From: a virus
Direction: 5' to 3' (one strand)
DNA: 49,363 bases
Virus record (IMG/VR): IMGVR_UViG_3300037465_000531
The position numbers and the translations under genes were made by a program. Below the pieces are notes generated by a model. The model was not told the origin of the DNA, searched no databases, and saw nothing but the letters and a program-made list of their open reading frames with translations. Of the stretch, positions 41,525 through 49,167 are shown one piece after another (the first letter of the stretch is position 1; each line of letters opens with the position of its first letter).

Positions 41525-41885
41525 CGTGACGGTTGCCGGGCGTCTGCGAGGCGGGGCAGACGTCCGGCTCCTCGTCGAGCAGGCGCAGGATGGCGGACCA
41601 GATATGATAGCTGCGGAGGACGCGATGGAGCACGCCGCCGTGGGCCCAGAGTTCGCGGTGCCGGGACCGGTCGAACTTGGGGCTGGACTCGATGATGGAA
41701 ACCGCAGACCGGGCCGCGCTCTCGGCTGCGCGGAACAGGCTGAGGAGCCCGGGCTCCAGAGTGCGGAGGGCCTTGTAGTTGTCCTGCTGCGCCAACCGGC
41801 ATTCCGGGCAGCGTCCGCCTTCGCCGGACCGCAGCCGCTGGTAGGTGGAGCCGCAGTAGGGGCAGGCGACAACCGCACGGGTCAC
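41355..41885 (-). CDS. Zinc-ribbon protein (start uncertain, GTG 41885 proposed)
   Basis: CPYCGSTYQRLRSGEGGRCPECR. Third-position GC is high from ~41880 down to ~41510. The upstream part of the listed ORF lies in an AT-rich promoter region. Confidence 0.5.
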   Translation of the reverse strand: MTRAVVACPYCGSTYQRLRSGEGGRCPECRLAQQDNYKALRTLEPGLLSLFRAAESAARSAVSIIESSPKFDRSRHRELWAHGGVLHRVLRSYHIWSAILRLLDEEPDVCPASQTPGNRHAIPLPPGAWLEVRLGVRQPLSGAQTPASPAGSPHAAGPDAPADDDGPQAPSDSTTP

Positions 41886-41995
41886 AGCACCATTGTACCA
41901 GACAGTGTAAATGTGTACACTGCCGGAGCCGGTAGTTCTAGCGTTCTGTAACCACAATAGTCTGGAAGTTGTTGAAAACAAAAGGAACAAAAGTA

Positions 41996-42024
41996 TTGAC
42001 TCATTAAATGGAAACGGGTAATGT
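41996..42024 (+). promoter_or_regulatory. Sigma70-like promoter TTGACT-N17-TAATGT, predicts a leaderless or near-leaderless mRNA for gene 42031
   Basis: TTGACT 41996-42001, 17-nt spacer, TAATGT 42019-42024, ATG at 42031. No SD in agaagc. Confidence 0.55.
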
Positions 42025-42030
42025 AGAAGC

Positions 42031-43122
42031 ATGGAGACGAAAAGCTTTCTGATCAGCAAGGCCCTAGCGACCAACGTACCCGCTCTCCTGTGGGGCGAGC
42101 CGGGCGTTGGAAAAACAGCCCGACTCGCGGCGTTTGCCCGTGAGACGGGCTTTGCCTTTTTCCCAGTAGTGCTTTCGCACTACGACCCCGTGGAGTTCCA
42201 CGGGGTCCTCACTGTTGACCCCGCGACACGGCGGGTCCACCGCGCCCTGCCCGACTGGGCGGGGCCGGAGGTGTTCGACCCTGAGGTCGACAGCATCATC
42301 TTCCTCGACGAGCTGTCGACCTCGACCCCGGCTCAGCAGGCCGCTGCCCTTAAGCTTTTGTCCGAGCGCGAGCTCGGCGGGAGGAAGCTCTCCTCTCGCT
42401 GCCGCATCATCGCGGCAGCCAATCCCCCGGAGTGCGCTGCCGGGGGGCAGGATCTGGTCGCTCCCACCGCCAACCGCTTTGCCCATATCCGCGTGGGGGC
42501 GGATGCGGCGGACTTCGCCGCGCACTTCCCGAGCATGTGGGCCGATTGCGGCTCCGGGCTCGCCCAATTGCCGGAGCCCTCTGAGGAGGAGAGGATCAGG
42601 GCCCGCGCCCTGATCGCCGCGTTCCTGCAGCGGCGGCCCAACCTGCTGCATGCGATGCCGCAGGATCCCCTGCAGCAGGGGGGCCCGTGGCCCTCCCCCC
42701 GGAGCTGGGAGCTCTGCTCCCGGCTGATGGCCGGGGAAACCGACTCCGAGCGGATCCTCGCCGCGGCCGCCGCCACAGTCAGCGAGGCGGCGGCGGTCGA
42801 GCTCGCCGCCTTCCTCCGGGATGCCAATATCCCGGATCCGGAGTCGGTCCTCGCCGATCCGGAGTCCGCGCCCATCCCCGGGCGCGGGGACATTCTCTAC
42901 GCCGCCATCAGCGGCGCGGCGGCGGCGGCAGTCGCCCGCCCGTCCCGTGAGCGCGTCCGGGCAGCGTGGGTCTACCTCCGTCGTGTCGCGGAGGCGGGCC
43001 ACGCCGATGTCTGCGGGCCCGTTATCCGCCCGCTCGTGCAGGGCGGAGGCCAGCACTTCTCGCCGGTCAGCGAGCCGTCCCTGCTCGCGCCGTTTCGCCG
43101 CGTCCTCGACGCGGCCAAGTAG
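42031..43122 (+). CDS. MoxR-like (AAA_5-type) AAA+ ATPase
   Basis: LLWGEPGVGKTARL (Walker A), SIIFLDELSTS (Walker B), CRIIAAANPPE (sensor 1). Confidence 0.85.
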   Translation: METKSFLISKALATNVPALLWGEPGVGKTARLAAFARETGFAFFPVVLSHYDPVEFHGVLTVDPATRRVHRALPDWAGPEVFDPEVDSIIFLDELSTSTPAQQAAALKLLSERELGGRKLSSRCRIIAAANPPECAAGGQDLVAPTANRFAHIRVGADAADFAAHFPSMWADCGSGLAQLPEPSEEERIRARALIAAFLQRRPNLLHAMPQDPLQQGGPWPSPRSWELCSRLMAGETDSERILAAAAATVSEAAAVELAAFLRDANIPDPESVLADPESAPIPGRGDILYAAISGAAAAAVARPSRERVRAAWVYLRRVAEAGHADVCGPVIRPLVQGGGQHFSPVSEPSLLAPFRRVLDAAK

Positions 43123-43131
43123 TAGTAGTAG
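43120..43131 (+). repeat. Four consecutive in-frame TAG stop codons
   Basis: aag tag tag tag tag agg read directly at the end of gene 42031. Confidence 0.95.
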
Positions 43132-43307
43132 AGGTGGTTGCATCCGGCAGTATACTGATTTTGGAGGTCTACCGCCAGCGCTACAACGACCACTGGCTCG
43201 TGGAGAGTCTCAGGTTTCAATCCCCGCGGCAGGCCCGTCAAAGGCTGCTTGCCCTCGAGGCTGCTGCACGATGATAATCGAAAAAAACTGTCCAAAGGAG
43301 GTTATCC

Positions 43308-43559
43308 ATGTTTATCTTTAGTGTGAGATTGTATCGGGGTGGGAGAGAACTGGGCCAAATTTGGTCTCAGCCCGTCCCAAGCGAGGTAGCCCATGCTTTG
43401 GAGCAACTGGTCGACATCCTCGGTGACGTGTACGAAATCGAGGCAGAACCTAAAGTGAAACATGTGTCTAGCACGCAGATTCACGATGGCACTTCATGGC
43501 CGTCCTTTGAAGATCATGGAGTGGTGTGGAGTTATAGCGCAGAATTCGAACAAGAATAA
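43308..43559 (+). CDS. Hypothetical protein in a visibly lower-GC patch
   Basis: CAAAGGAGG upstream of the ATG. Confidence 0.65.
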   Translation: MFIFSVRLYRGGRELGQIWSQPVPSEVAHALEQLVDILGDVYEIEAEPKVKHVSSTQIHDGTSWPSFEDHGVVWSYSAEFEQE

Positions 43560-43589
43560 AATGCCAATGTGCATTGAGGATGTAAAGAT

Positions 43590-43874
43590 ATGAGATACAT
43601 TCCCAGAAAACCCAGCCCAACGTTTGAAGTAATCCAGAAACTGCTGCAGAGGCTTGGTTCTATACCAGCCGCGCTGGTGCCGGTGGGGATGGCCCGCGCC
43701 CGGGCCGCCGGTTCGCCTGTCATAGAGGTTATTCCCGGCACCATCTCCGACTACGGGCGTCAGATACTGTTTGAGCTCGGCTCGTTCGCCCGGCGGTTCT
43801 CTTTGCCGTCCAGCATCTCCATCGGGGATCTGGAGCGGGAGGTGGGCAGACGGCTGCCGGGACTTGTTGGCTGA
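43590..43874 (+). CDS. Hypothetical protein
   Basis: ORF track. Confidence 0.6.
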   Translation: MRYIPRKPSPTFEVIQKLLQRLGSIPAALVPVGMARARAAGSPVIEVIPGTISDYGRQILFELGSFARRFSLPSSISIGDLEREVGRRLPGLVG

Positions 43875-43907
43875 GGTGCGGAACATCGAAACCCTGAGGT
43901 CGCTGTC

Positions 43908-44363
43908 ATGACCCGCACCATCGTGTTTGACCAAGGCGCGCTGGACAGAGACCCGCTTCTCGCAGCGCTGGCCGCAGTCCTGAAGCGGATGGCCGCGCTG
44001 CAATACGACAACCGGCTGATGATGCCATACACTCTGGTCGTGCGTCATGGCAGCCGGGAGTATGCGGCTTTGTACGAGTCCCGGATGTATAGCCTGTGGG
44101 TCCACTACGGCTGGTTGTATGCAGACGACCGCAAACTGGGCCACGGCTCGACTGCGGACCGTGCGTGGCAGCCGCTGGAAGCCCGGAAATACCACCGGGA
44201 CGGACTGCCGGAGCGAAGGCAGCGCATCTCCGAGCTAGGCTACCGTGGGATGCTGTCAGAGGCGCTGCGCTATGCACTGCGATACATAGACTGGATCTGG
44301 CTCGGCAGGCCGGAGCTGCGGGCCGAGGCCGAGTCGGCGCTCGTGCTGGGGGACTTGACATGA
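43908..44363 (+). CDS. Hypothetical protein
   Basis: ORF track; first gene of an ATGA-coupled chain. Confidence 0.65.
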   Translation: MTRTIVFDQGALDRDPLLAALAAVLKRMAALQYDNRLMMPYTLVVRHGSREYAALYESRMYSLWVHYGWLYADDRKLGHGSTADRAWQPLEARKYHRDGLPERRQRISELGYRGMLSEALRYALRYIDWIWLGRPELRAEAESALVLGDLT

Positions 44364-44770
44364 TCGTTCGATACCACGACGCTCTCCAACCGGTGGAAGA
44401 GGACATCCTCAGGCGCATGTCCCGGGCCTTTGGAGGTGTGCTTCAGGTGCCTATCATCAGCCGGATGACGCTGCAGAACAAGAGTGTGCTGCACTTCGGA
44501 GACCAAGTCGTCTTCGCTCTGGAAGGTTCGGCGCTGAAGATGTTCTCCATCCCTACGTTCCCGTGCAAGGACAGGCGCAAGCTTGCCGATCAGATGTCGG
44601 ACGCAGCCATCCCTGCCGGGTTGCGGCCCTACGCCCGCCGCGAGCGTGAGACGCAGATTGCCGTGGCCGACCTGCTGCGCCATCTGTCCCGCATCCAGCC
44701 GGTGGTCGAGGCGTGCCCGTGGCTGCCGGAGCAGTTGTCGGTTCTGCAGACTCTGGAGGAGATTTCATGA
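44360..44770 (+). CDS. Family-B paralogue 1
   Basis: ATGA overlap. C-terminus VVEACPWLPEQLSVLQTLEEIS. Confidence 0.7.
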   Translation: MIVRYHDALQPVEEDILRRMSRAFGGVLQVPIISRMTLQNKSVLHFGDQVVFALEGSALKMFSIPTFPCKDRRKLADQMSDAAIPAGLRPYARRERETQIAVADLLRHLSRIQPVVEACPWLPEQLSVLQTLEEIS

Positions 44771-45183
44771 CTCCTGCCAAGGCGCTGATGATGGACACCC
44801 TGTGGGAGATGTGCTCCGTCGCTGATTGCGTCTCCCCAAAGCCGTTCTTCGCTGCCATGATCCTGCGGTCCAGCAGCCCGGCATGGGGCATCTGGTATCG
44901 CGTCTGCGCGGTGCAATGGGTGTACCGGAGGCCGGAATCCTACGAGAGGCTCGTGCTCGAAACCGGATTCTGGCCGTCCAGCATGTCAGAGGCGCACGAG
45001 TGGGCGGCGAAGAACGTCGCGCCTCCGCCGTTCTTCGCCCCCTGCACAGACCCGGATTTCTACTCGCAGCAGACGATGCTGCATGATCTGAGATACTTCG
45101 CTTCCGTCCCACGAGTGCTGGACCGGTGCCCGTGGCTGCCGGAGCGGCTGTCTGCAGTCGAGTTGCTGGAGGAGATCTCATGA
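44767..45183 (+). CDS. Family-B paralogue 2
   Basis: ATGA overlap. C-terminus VLDRCPWLPERLSAVELLEEIS. Confidence 0.7.
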   Translation: MTPAKALMMDTLWEMCSVADCVSPKPFFAAMILRSSSPAWGIWYRVCAVQWVYRRPESYERLVLETGFWPSSMSEAHEWAAKNVAPPPFFAPCTDPDFYSQQTMLHDLRYFASVPRVLDRCPWLPERLSAVELLEEIS

Positions 45184-45953
45184 TCCCGATCACCGAGGAC
45201 GTCGTCAAGAGTCTGGTCAGCATAGGACAGCAGTCCGTAGCCGCCTACGTCAAAGCCTGCGCGGCCACGGGTCATTTCCCGTTCAGCGTCATCAGCATCC
45301 CGGATGTGGACGCAGGCATCGACATACCGGCTCTGTACTACATGCCCCGCCGGTGCTGGAACGAGTACGAAACCTGCTACCGGGTCCTGCCGCTGGTTCC
45401 GGGCGCGTGGAAGCTGCGCCGCAAGCGGGTCATCCGTCTCTCAGACAGCATCCAGCTTTCGTCCTCCAGCGAAGCTAAAACGTCCCTGTTCCGTCTGCTG
45501 TCGTTTGTTGCCTTCAGCGAGGTCAGCACCCGCCATCCGGGGAGCGGCATTGTCCGAACGACATTTCCCGCCCTGCTGGTGTGGAGGGAAAGCGTGAGCG
45601 GGGACGGCAGGTGCGTCTACCGGTATGCAATGGCTGGATACCCAGCCGTGTTTTCGGACTCAGAACAAACCATTCGGTGGAACAGCTATAATCAGGGCCC
45701 CGTATCCCGGGACCGGTTGCCCGGTCTTTTGGACGTGCCGCGCGGAGTCGTCAGCCGTACAGAGGACGCGGCGATCCGGTACGCCGAGTCCCTGCTGGCC
45801 GGATACGATCCCCGTTCGTTCGTCACCGCCTGCCGCAGGGCTTCTCCTGTGGAGTACTCCGGCTCGTCGTCCATCGTCATCGAATGGGCGGACGCGCTGG
45901 AAGCAGCAACCCGCAAGTGGCCGGGGTACGCCACTCTGGCCGAGATGATGTGA
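45180..45953 (+). CDS. Hypothetical protein; C-terminus resembles family A
   Basis: ATGA overlap. Ends ...ALEAATRKWPGYATLAEMM (compare ...FPNEALLAEML). Confidence 0.65.
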   Translation: MIPITEDVVKSLVSIGQQSVAAYVKACAATGHFPFSVISIPDVDAGIDIPALYYMPRRCWNEYETCYRVLPLVPGAWKLRRKRVIRLSDSIQLSSSSEAKTSLFRLLSFVAFSEVSTRHPGSGIVRTTFPALLVWRESVSGDGRCVYRYAMAGYPAVFSDSEQTIRWNSYNQGPVSRDRLPGLLDVPRGVVSRTEDAAIRYAESLLAGYDPRSFVTACRRASPVEYSGSSSIVIEWADALEAATRKWPGYATLAEMM

Positions 45954-45971
45954 GCCTATTGGAGGATTGCC

Positions 45972-46076
45972 ATGACCTGTACATACTGTGAGCATGGGGA
46001 CCACGAGTTCCCCGCGCCGGATTGCGAATGTGATTGCCCGTGCCATGGGGGTTGCCATGCGGAAGCCGAATCCTGA
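45972..46076 (+). CDS. Cys/His-rich micro-protein (34 aa) candidate
   Basis: GGAGGATTGCC-ATG. MTCTYCEHGDHEFPAPDCECDCPCHGGCHAEAES (7 Cys, 5 His). Overlaps the proposed start of the next gene by 20 nt. Confidence 0.4.
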   Translation: MTCTYCEHGDHEFPAPDCECDCPCHGGCHAEAES

Positions 46077-47442
46077 ATTGCCGGAGATCCTGCAGTACGC
46101 CCGTCTGAAGCTGCTGAAGGAGCGCCCGTATCTGGCGCACATCGTGTTCCGCATGGTGCCGGTGCCGACGCCGGGGCTCGGCACCCTTGCCGTGGACCGC
46201 TGGTGGAGGTTCTACTACGACCCGCAGATCCACGAGAAGATGACGGCGAAGGAAGCCGTGGCAGCGATCTACCACGAGGTCCACCACATTCTCCGGCAGC
46301 ACGCGACGCGCCACGCGTGGATGAGTGAGCAGAACCCGCAATTGGCAAACATCTGCACGGACCTGTCGATCAACAGCGATATCCGCGAGGAGCGGTGGGA
46401 GACCGAGGGGGTTAGGCTGCCGGACTGGGTGCTGCAACCGGAGCAGTTCAAACTGCCGCCGAAGCAGACGCCGGAAGAATACTGGGACGCACTCCAGCAG
46501 CAGCAGCAGCAAGGGCAAGGGCAAGGGCAAGGGCAAGGGCAGCAGGCACCCGGTCAGCAGTCCTCGGGCGGGGGCAAAGGGAAGGGGAAAGGGGCTGGCA
46601 AGGGCGCAGGCAAGGGATCCGGCGGCCAGAGCGGCTCCCAGAGCCCGGGGGCAGGGGGCAGGGCGCAGGGGCCCGGCTCCGGTTCGTCTGAGGGCCACGC
46701 AGCGCCCGGGGCGGGTGGCTGCGGATCCTGCGCCGGTGGACCCCGCCGGGAGTGGGAGCTGCCCAGCCCCGGCGAATCCGGCGTCGATGGCGTCGGCCAG
46801 ATCGAGGGGGAGGTCATCCTCGGGGATGTCGCCCGGGAGATCGCCGAGCACGCCCGAGGCCGGGGCAACGTCCCCGGCAGCCTCAAGCGGTGGGCCGAGC
46901 AGTTCGTCCAACCGGCCAAGGTCGACTGGCGCAAGCTTCTGGCCAGCTACATCCGCCGCGCGGCGGCCACCCGTTACGGCAGCATGGACTATTCGTTCCG
47001 CCGAACCAGCCACCGCGCCGCCGCTCGCGGCATCATCCAGCCCGGGCTCGTAACCCCGGATCCGACAGTCGCCGTCGTGCTCGACACCAGCGGCTCCATG
47101 GGCCAGAAGGAATTGCAGGCGGCCCTCAGCGAGGTGCAGGGCATCCTGCGCTCGCTCGGTCTGCGCGAGCTCACGCTGCTCGACGTCGACGCCAAGGCGC
47201 ACCGCGCCCGCAAGGTGAGCACCCTTCGCCGTATCGAGGCACTCGGCGGCGGAGGCACGGACATGCGCGTCGGCATCGACGCCGCGCTCAAACTCAAACC
47301 ACGACCGGAAATCATCATCGTGCTGACCGACGGCTACACCCCGTGGCCGGACGCCGCACCCTCGGTGCCGGTCGTCGTAGGCCTCGTCGCCGGGGACATG
47401 GAGGTCCCGAAATGGGCGAAGAAAGTGGTCGTCGAGCAGTGA
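46057..47442 (+). CDS. HExxH metallopeptidase-like N-domain + low-complexity linker + von Willebrand A domain protein
   Basis: AAIYHEVHHILRQH. VAVVLDTSGSMG (MIDAS DxSxS), GGGTDM, IIIVLTDGYTPWP. The start could also be GTG 45988 or ATG 46045. Confidence 0.85.
   Translation: MRKPNPELPEILQYARLKLLKERPYLAHIVFRMVPVPTPGLGTLAVDRWWRFYYDPQIHEKMTAKEAVAAIYHEVHHILRQHATRHAWMSEQNPQLANICTDLSINSDIREERWETEGVRLPDWVLQPEQFKLPPKQTPEEYWDALQQQQQQGQGQGQGQGQQAPGQQSSGGGKGKGKGAGKGAGKGSGGQSGSQSPGAGGRAQGPGSGSSEGHAAPGAGGCGSCAGGPRREWELPSPGESGVDGVGQIEGEVILGDVAREIAEHARGRGNVPGSLKRWAEQFVQPAKVDWRKLLASYIRRAAATRYGSMDYSFRRTSHRAAARGIIQPGLVTPDPTVAVVLDTSGSMGQKELQAALSEVQGILRSLGLRELTLLDVDAKAHRARKVSTLRRIEALGGGGTDMRVGIDAALKLKPRPEIIIVLTDGYTPWPDAAPSVPVVVGLVAGDMEVPKWAKKVVVEQ
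46495..46539 (+). repeat. In-frame microsatellites (CAG)5 then (CAAGGG)5
   Basis: Read directly; encodes QQQQQ(QG)5 at the start of a Gly/Lys/Ser/Gln low-complexity linker. Confidence 0.9.
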
Positions 47443-47867
47443 GAGTCTTTCAGGCTGCCGGAATCCGTGGCACGTCCCAGCACGCGCGGGTGGTCATGAA
47501 CTACATCCGACAGCGTGGCGAGGCAATGGGACAACTGCCGAGGCTCCGTGTCGGACTGCTCTTCTGGGGCGAAAACAGGACCCTCATCCACGGCGAGGTT
47601 TTCATCCTCGATCCGCAAGGGTATCAGTACGACGGCATCGTCAGCTCGCTTGTGAACTCGCCGGAGGAAGGCGAGCAGGCGATGCAGTCCGAGATCCGCG
47701 CCATGATCGACGAGCACGCTCCCGAATACATCATTTTCAGCCGGGGCCGGATGTCCGTGCAGGACGCCTGCGCCGAGCTCATCAGCTATTGGTCGCAATG
47801 GCCGGAGATGCTGCCCGGCTTCGACGGGCGGGCTGCGTTGACTTTGGCAGAATTGGAGGTTGCCTGA
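47439..47867 (+). CDS. Hypothetical protein, possible distant family-A member (ATG 47496 alternative)
   Basis: GTGA overlap with the upstream stop. Ends ...RAALTLAELEVA. Confidence 0.6.
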   Translation: MRVFQAAGIRGTSQHARVVMNYIRQRGEAMGQLPRLRVGLLFWGENRTLIHGEVFILDPQGYQYDGIVSSLVNSPEEGEQAMQSEIRAMIDEHAPEYIIFSRGRMSVQDACAELISYWSQWPEMLPGFDGRAALTLAELEVA

Positions 47868-48535
47868 TGGGATTCTGGTCTTTCACCAGCCAGCACTTCA
47901 TGGAACGCGGAGACCTCCCGTTCCTTTTCGATGACATGCACAAGCTCAGAGCGATGGTGTCTTACTCGTCGGTGAGGGCCCTGTCGCCGGACGTCGACCG
48001 CCTGCCCGCCGTGCTGGACGTCATCATGCAGACGTCCGGTATAAGAACCGTGCTGGCTCACGCGGTCCGGATCCCCAAGATGTCTCTGCAGACTCTGGCC
48101 AGAACCGCCTACCCGGCCTATCTGGAGTTCCGGGACGCGATGCGGCGCGTGTCGCCGTCGTTTTCCGACACCGGCACGCAGACGGTCTGGGTTCCGATGT
48201 ACTGCGCCTACCAAGCGGAGTTCTTCGGCAACGGGCCGATACGGTGGAGCTTGTCAAGGCGGAAGGGCGGTCCGTTCATGATCGGCAATGCCGCCCGCCC
48301 CAAGGTGAAGGACGCGGTTGCGGAGGCGGCCCGCTACATCGAACAATACCGGAGCAACGTGGGAAGCACCGGGCGGAAAGGCATGTTGCTGCTGGATCCG
48401 AAAGCGCCCGAACTGCACTGGTTCCACCGCCCGCCGCTGGCGTCGGATCCGGCAGCCGTGGCCGTCGAGTCGATTTGGCGGACCGTCAAACAGCAATACC
48501 CGAACGAGGTCACGCTTGCGGAGCTTGCCATATGA
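47867..48535 (+). CDS. Family-A tandem paralogue 1
   Basis: TGATG junction. LSPDVDRLPAVLDVI, VWVPMY, C-terminus VESIWRTVKQQYPNEVTLAELAI. Confidence 0.8.
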   Translation: MGFWSFTSQHFMERGDLPFLFDDMHKLRAMVSYSSVRALSPDVDRLPAVLDVIMQTSGIRTVLAHAVRIPKMSLQTLARTAYPAYLEFRDAMRRVSPSFSDTGTQTVWVPMYCAYQAEFFGNGPIRWSLSRRKGGPFMIGNAARPKVKDAVAEAARYIEQYRSNVGSTGRKGMLLLDPKAPELHWFHRPPLASDPAAVAVESIWRTVKQQYPNEVTLAELAI

Positions 48536-49167
48536 GCGTGCATACACTGTTCGACCACGTCAACACACTGTATTTGCAAATGGGAAGTCCGCCTTCCAGA
48601 CACGCGTCCATCGCCGCGCAACCGGCTCTTTCGCCGGACATCGACCGCATGGGGGCTGTCTTGGAGATCGTGCGAGACGCTCATAAAATCGACAGGCTGT
48701 TCGCTCACAGCATCCGGCTGGAGCAGATGACCTTTTCCTCGCTCGGCAGGCGCGACTACACCCTGTACCTGCAGGTTTTTGAAATCATCCGGCGGGAGAC
48801 GCCGCTACGGCTGATCAGACAGACCGACCGCGTCTATGTGCCGATTTACCGGGTCTACCTCGCTGACTACGGAGACAACAGCGGCTGGACCGTGAGCGCC
48901 GTGACATCGCAGGGGGAAGTCATCCCGGAGTCTGTGCACTCGCGCAGGTCATCCGCAGTGGACAAGGCACTCTTCCGGCTGCGCGGCTTGGTGGAGCACA
49001 AAGTGAGCCTGCGCCGATCCCACGAGTCGCTGCTGCAGACCCCGGTGTCCGTGTTCGACAAGCCGCCGATCTCCAAGGACGCCGACGCCACGATGGTGGA
49101 GGCGCTCTGGCGGACGCTGAAGCGCCGGTTTACAAACGAAGTTCTTTTGTCGGAGCTGAGCGCATGA
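48532..49167 (+). CDS. Family-A tandem paralogue 2
   Basis: ATGA overlap. LSPDIDRMGAVLEIV, VYVPIY, C-terminus VEALWRTLKRRFTNEVLLSELSA. Confidence 0.8.
   Translation: MSVHTLFDHVNTLYLQMGSPPSRHASIAAQPALSPDIDRMGAVLEIVRDAHKIDRLFAHSIRLEQMTFSSLGRRDYTLYLQVFEIIRRETPLRLIRQTDRVYVPIYRVYLADYGDNSGWTVSAVTSQGEVIPESVHSRRSSAVDKALFRLRGLVEHKVSLRRSHESLLQTPVSVFDKPPISKDADATMVEALWRTLKRRFTNEVLLSELSA

Noticed and set aside
43213-43223. ggtttcaatcc resembles a tRNA T-loop (GGTTCGAATCC), in the spacer after the quadruple TAG. A suppressor tRNA there would have been attractive.
   Set aside because: I could not build a T-stem, an acceptor stem or an anticodon arm from the flanking sequence. No other tRNA-like cloverleaf was apparent in any intergenic gap.
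43134-43274. A possible 46-codon ORF from GTG 43134 (VVASGSILILEVYRQRYNDHWLVESLRFQSPRQARQRLLALEAAAR).
   Set aside because: The sequence is protein-like with GC-rich third positions in its first half, but there is no SD, the start is non-ATG and there is no supporting context. It is too uncertain to call.
48527-48535. Programmed -1 frameshifting at the ATGA junctions to fuse family-A paralogues.
   Set aside because: There is no X_XXY_YYZ slippery heptamer and no obvious downstream stimulatory structure at the junctions. Termination-reinitiation coupling is the conservative explanation.
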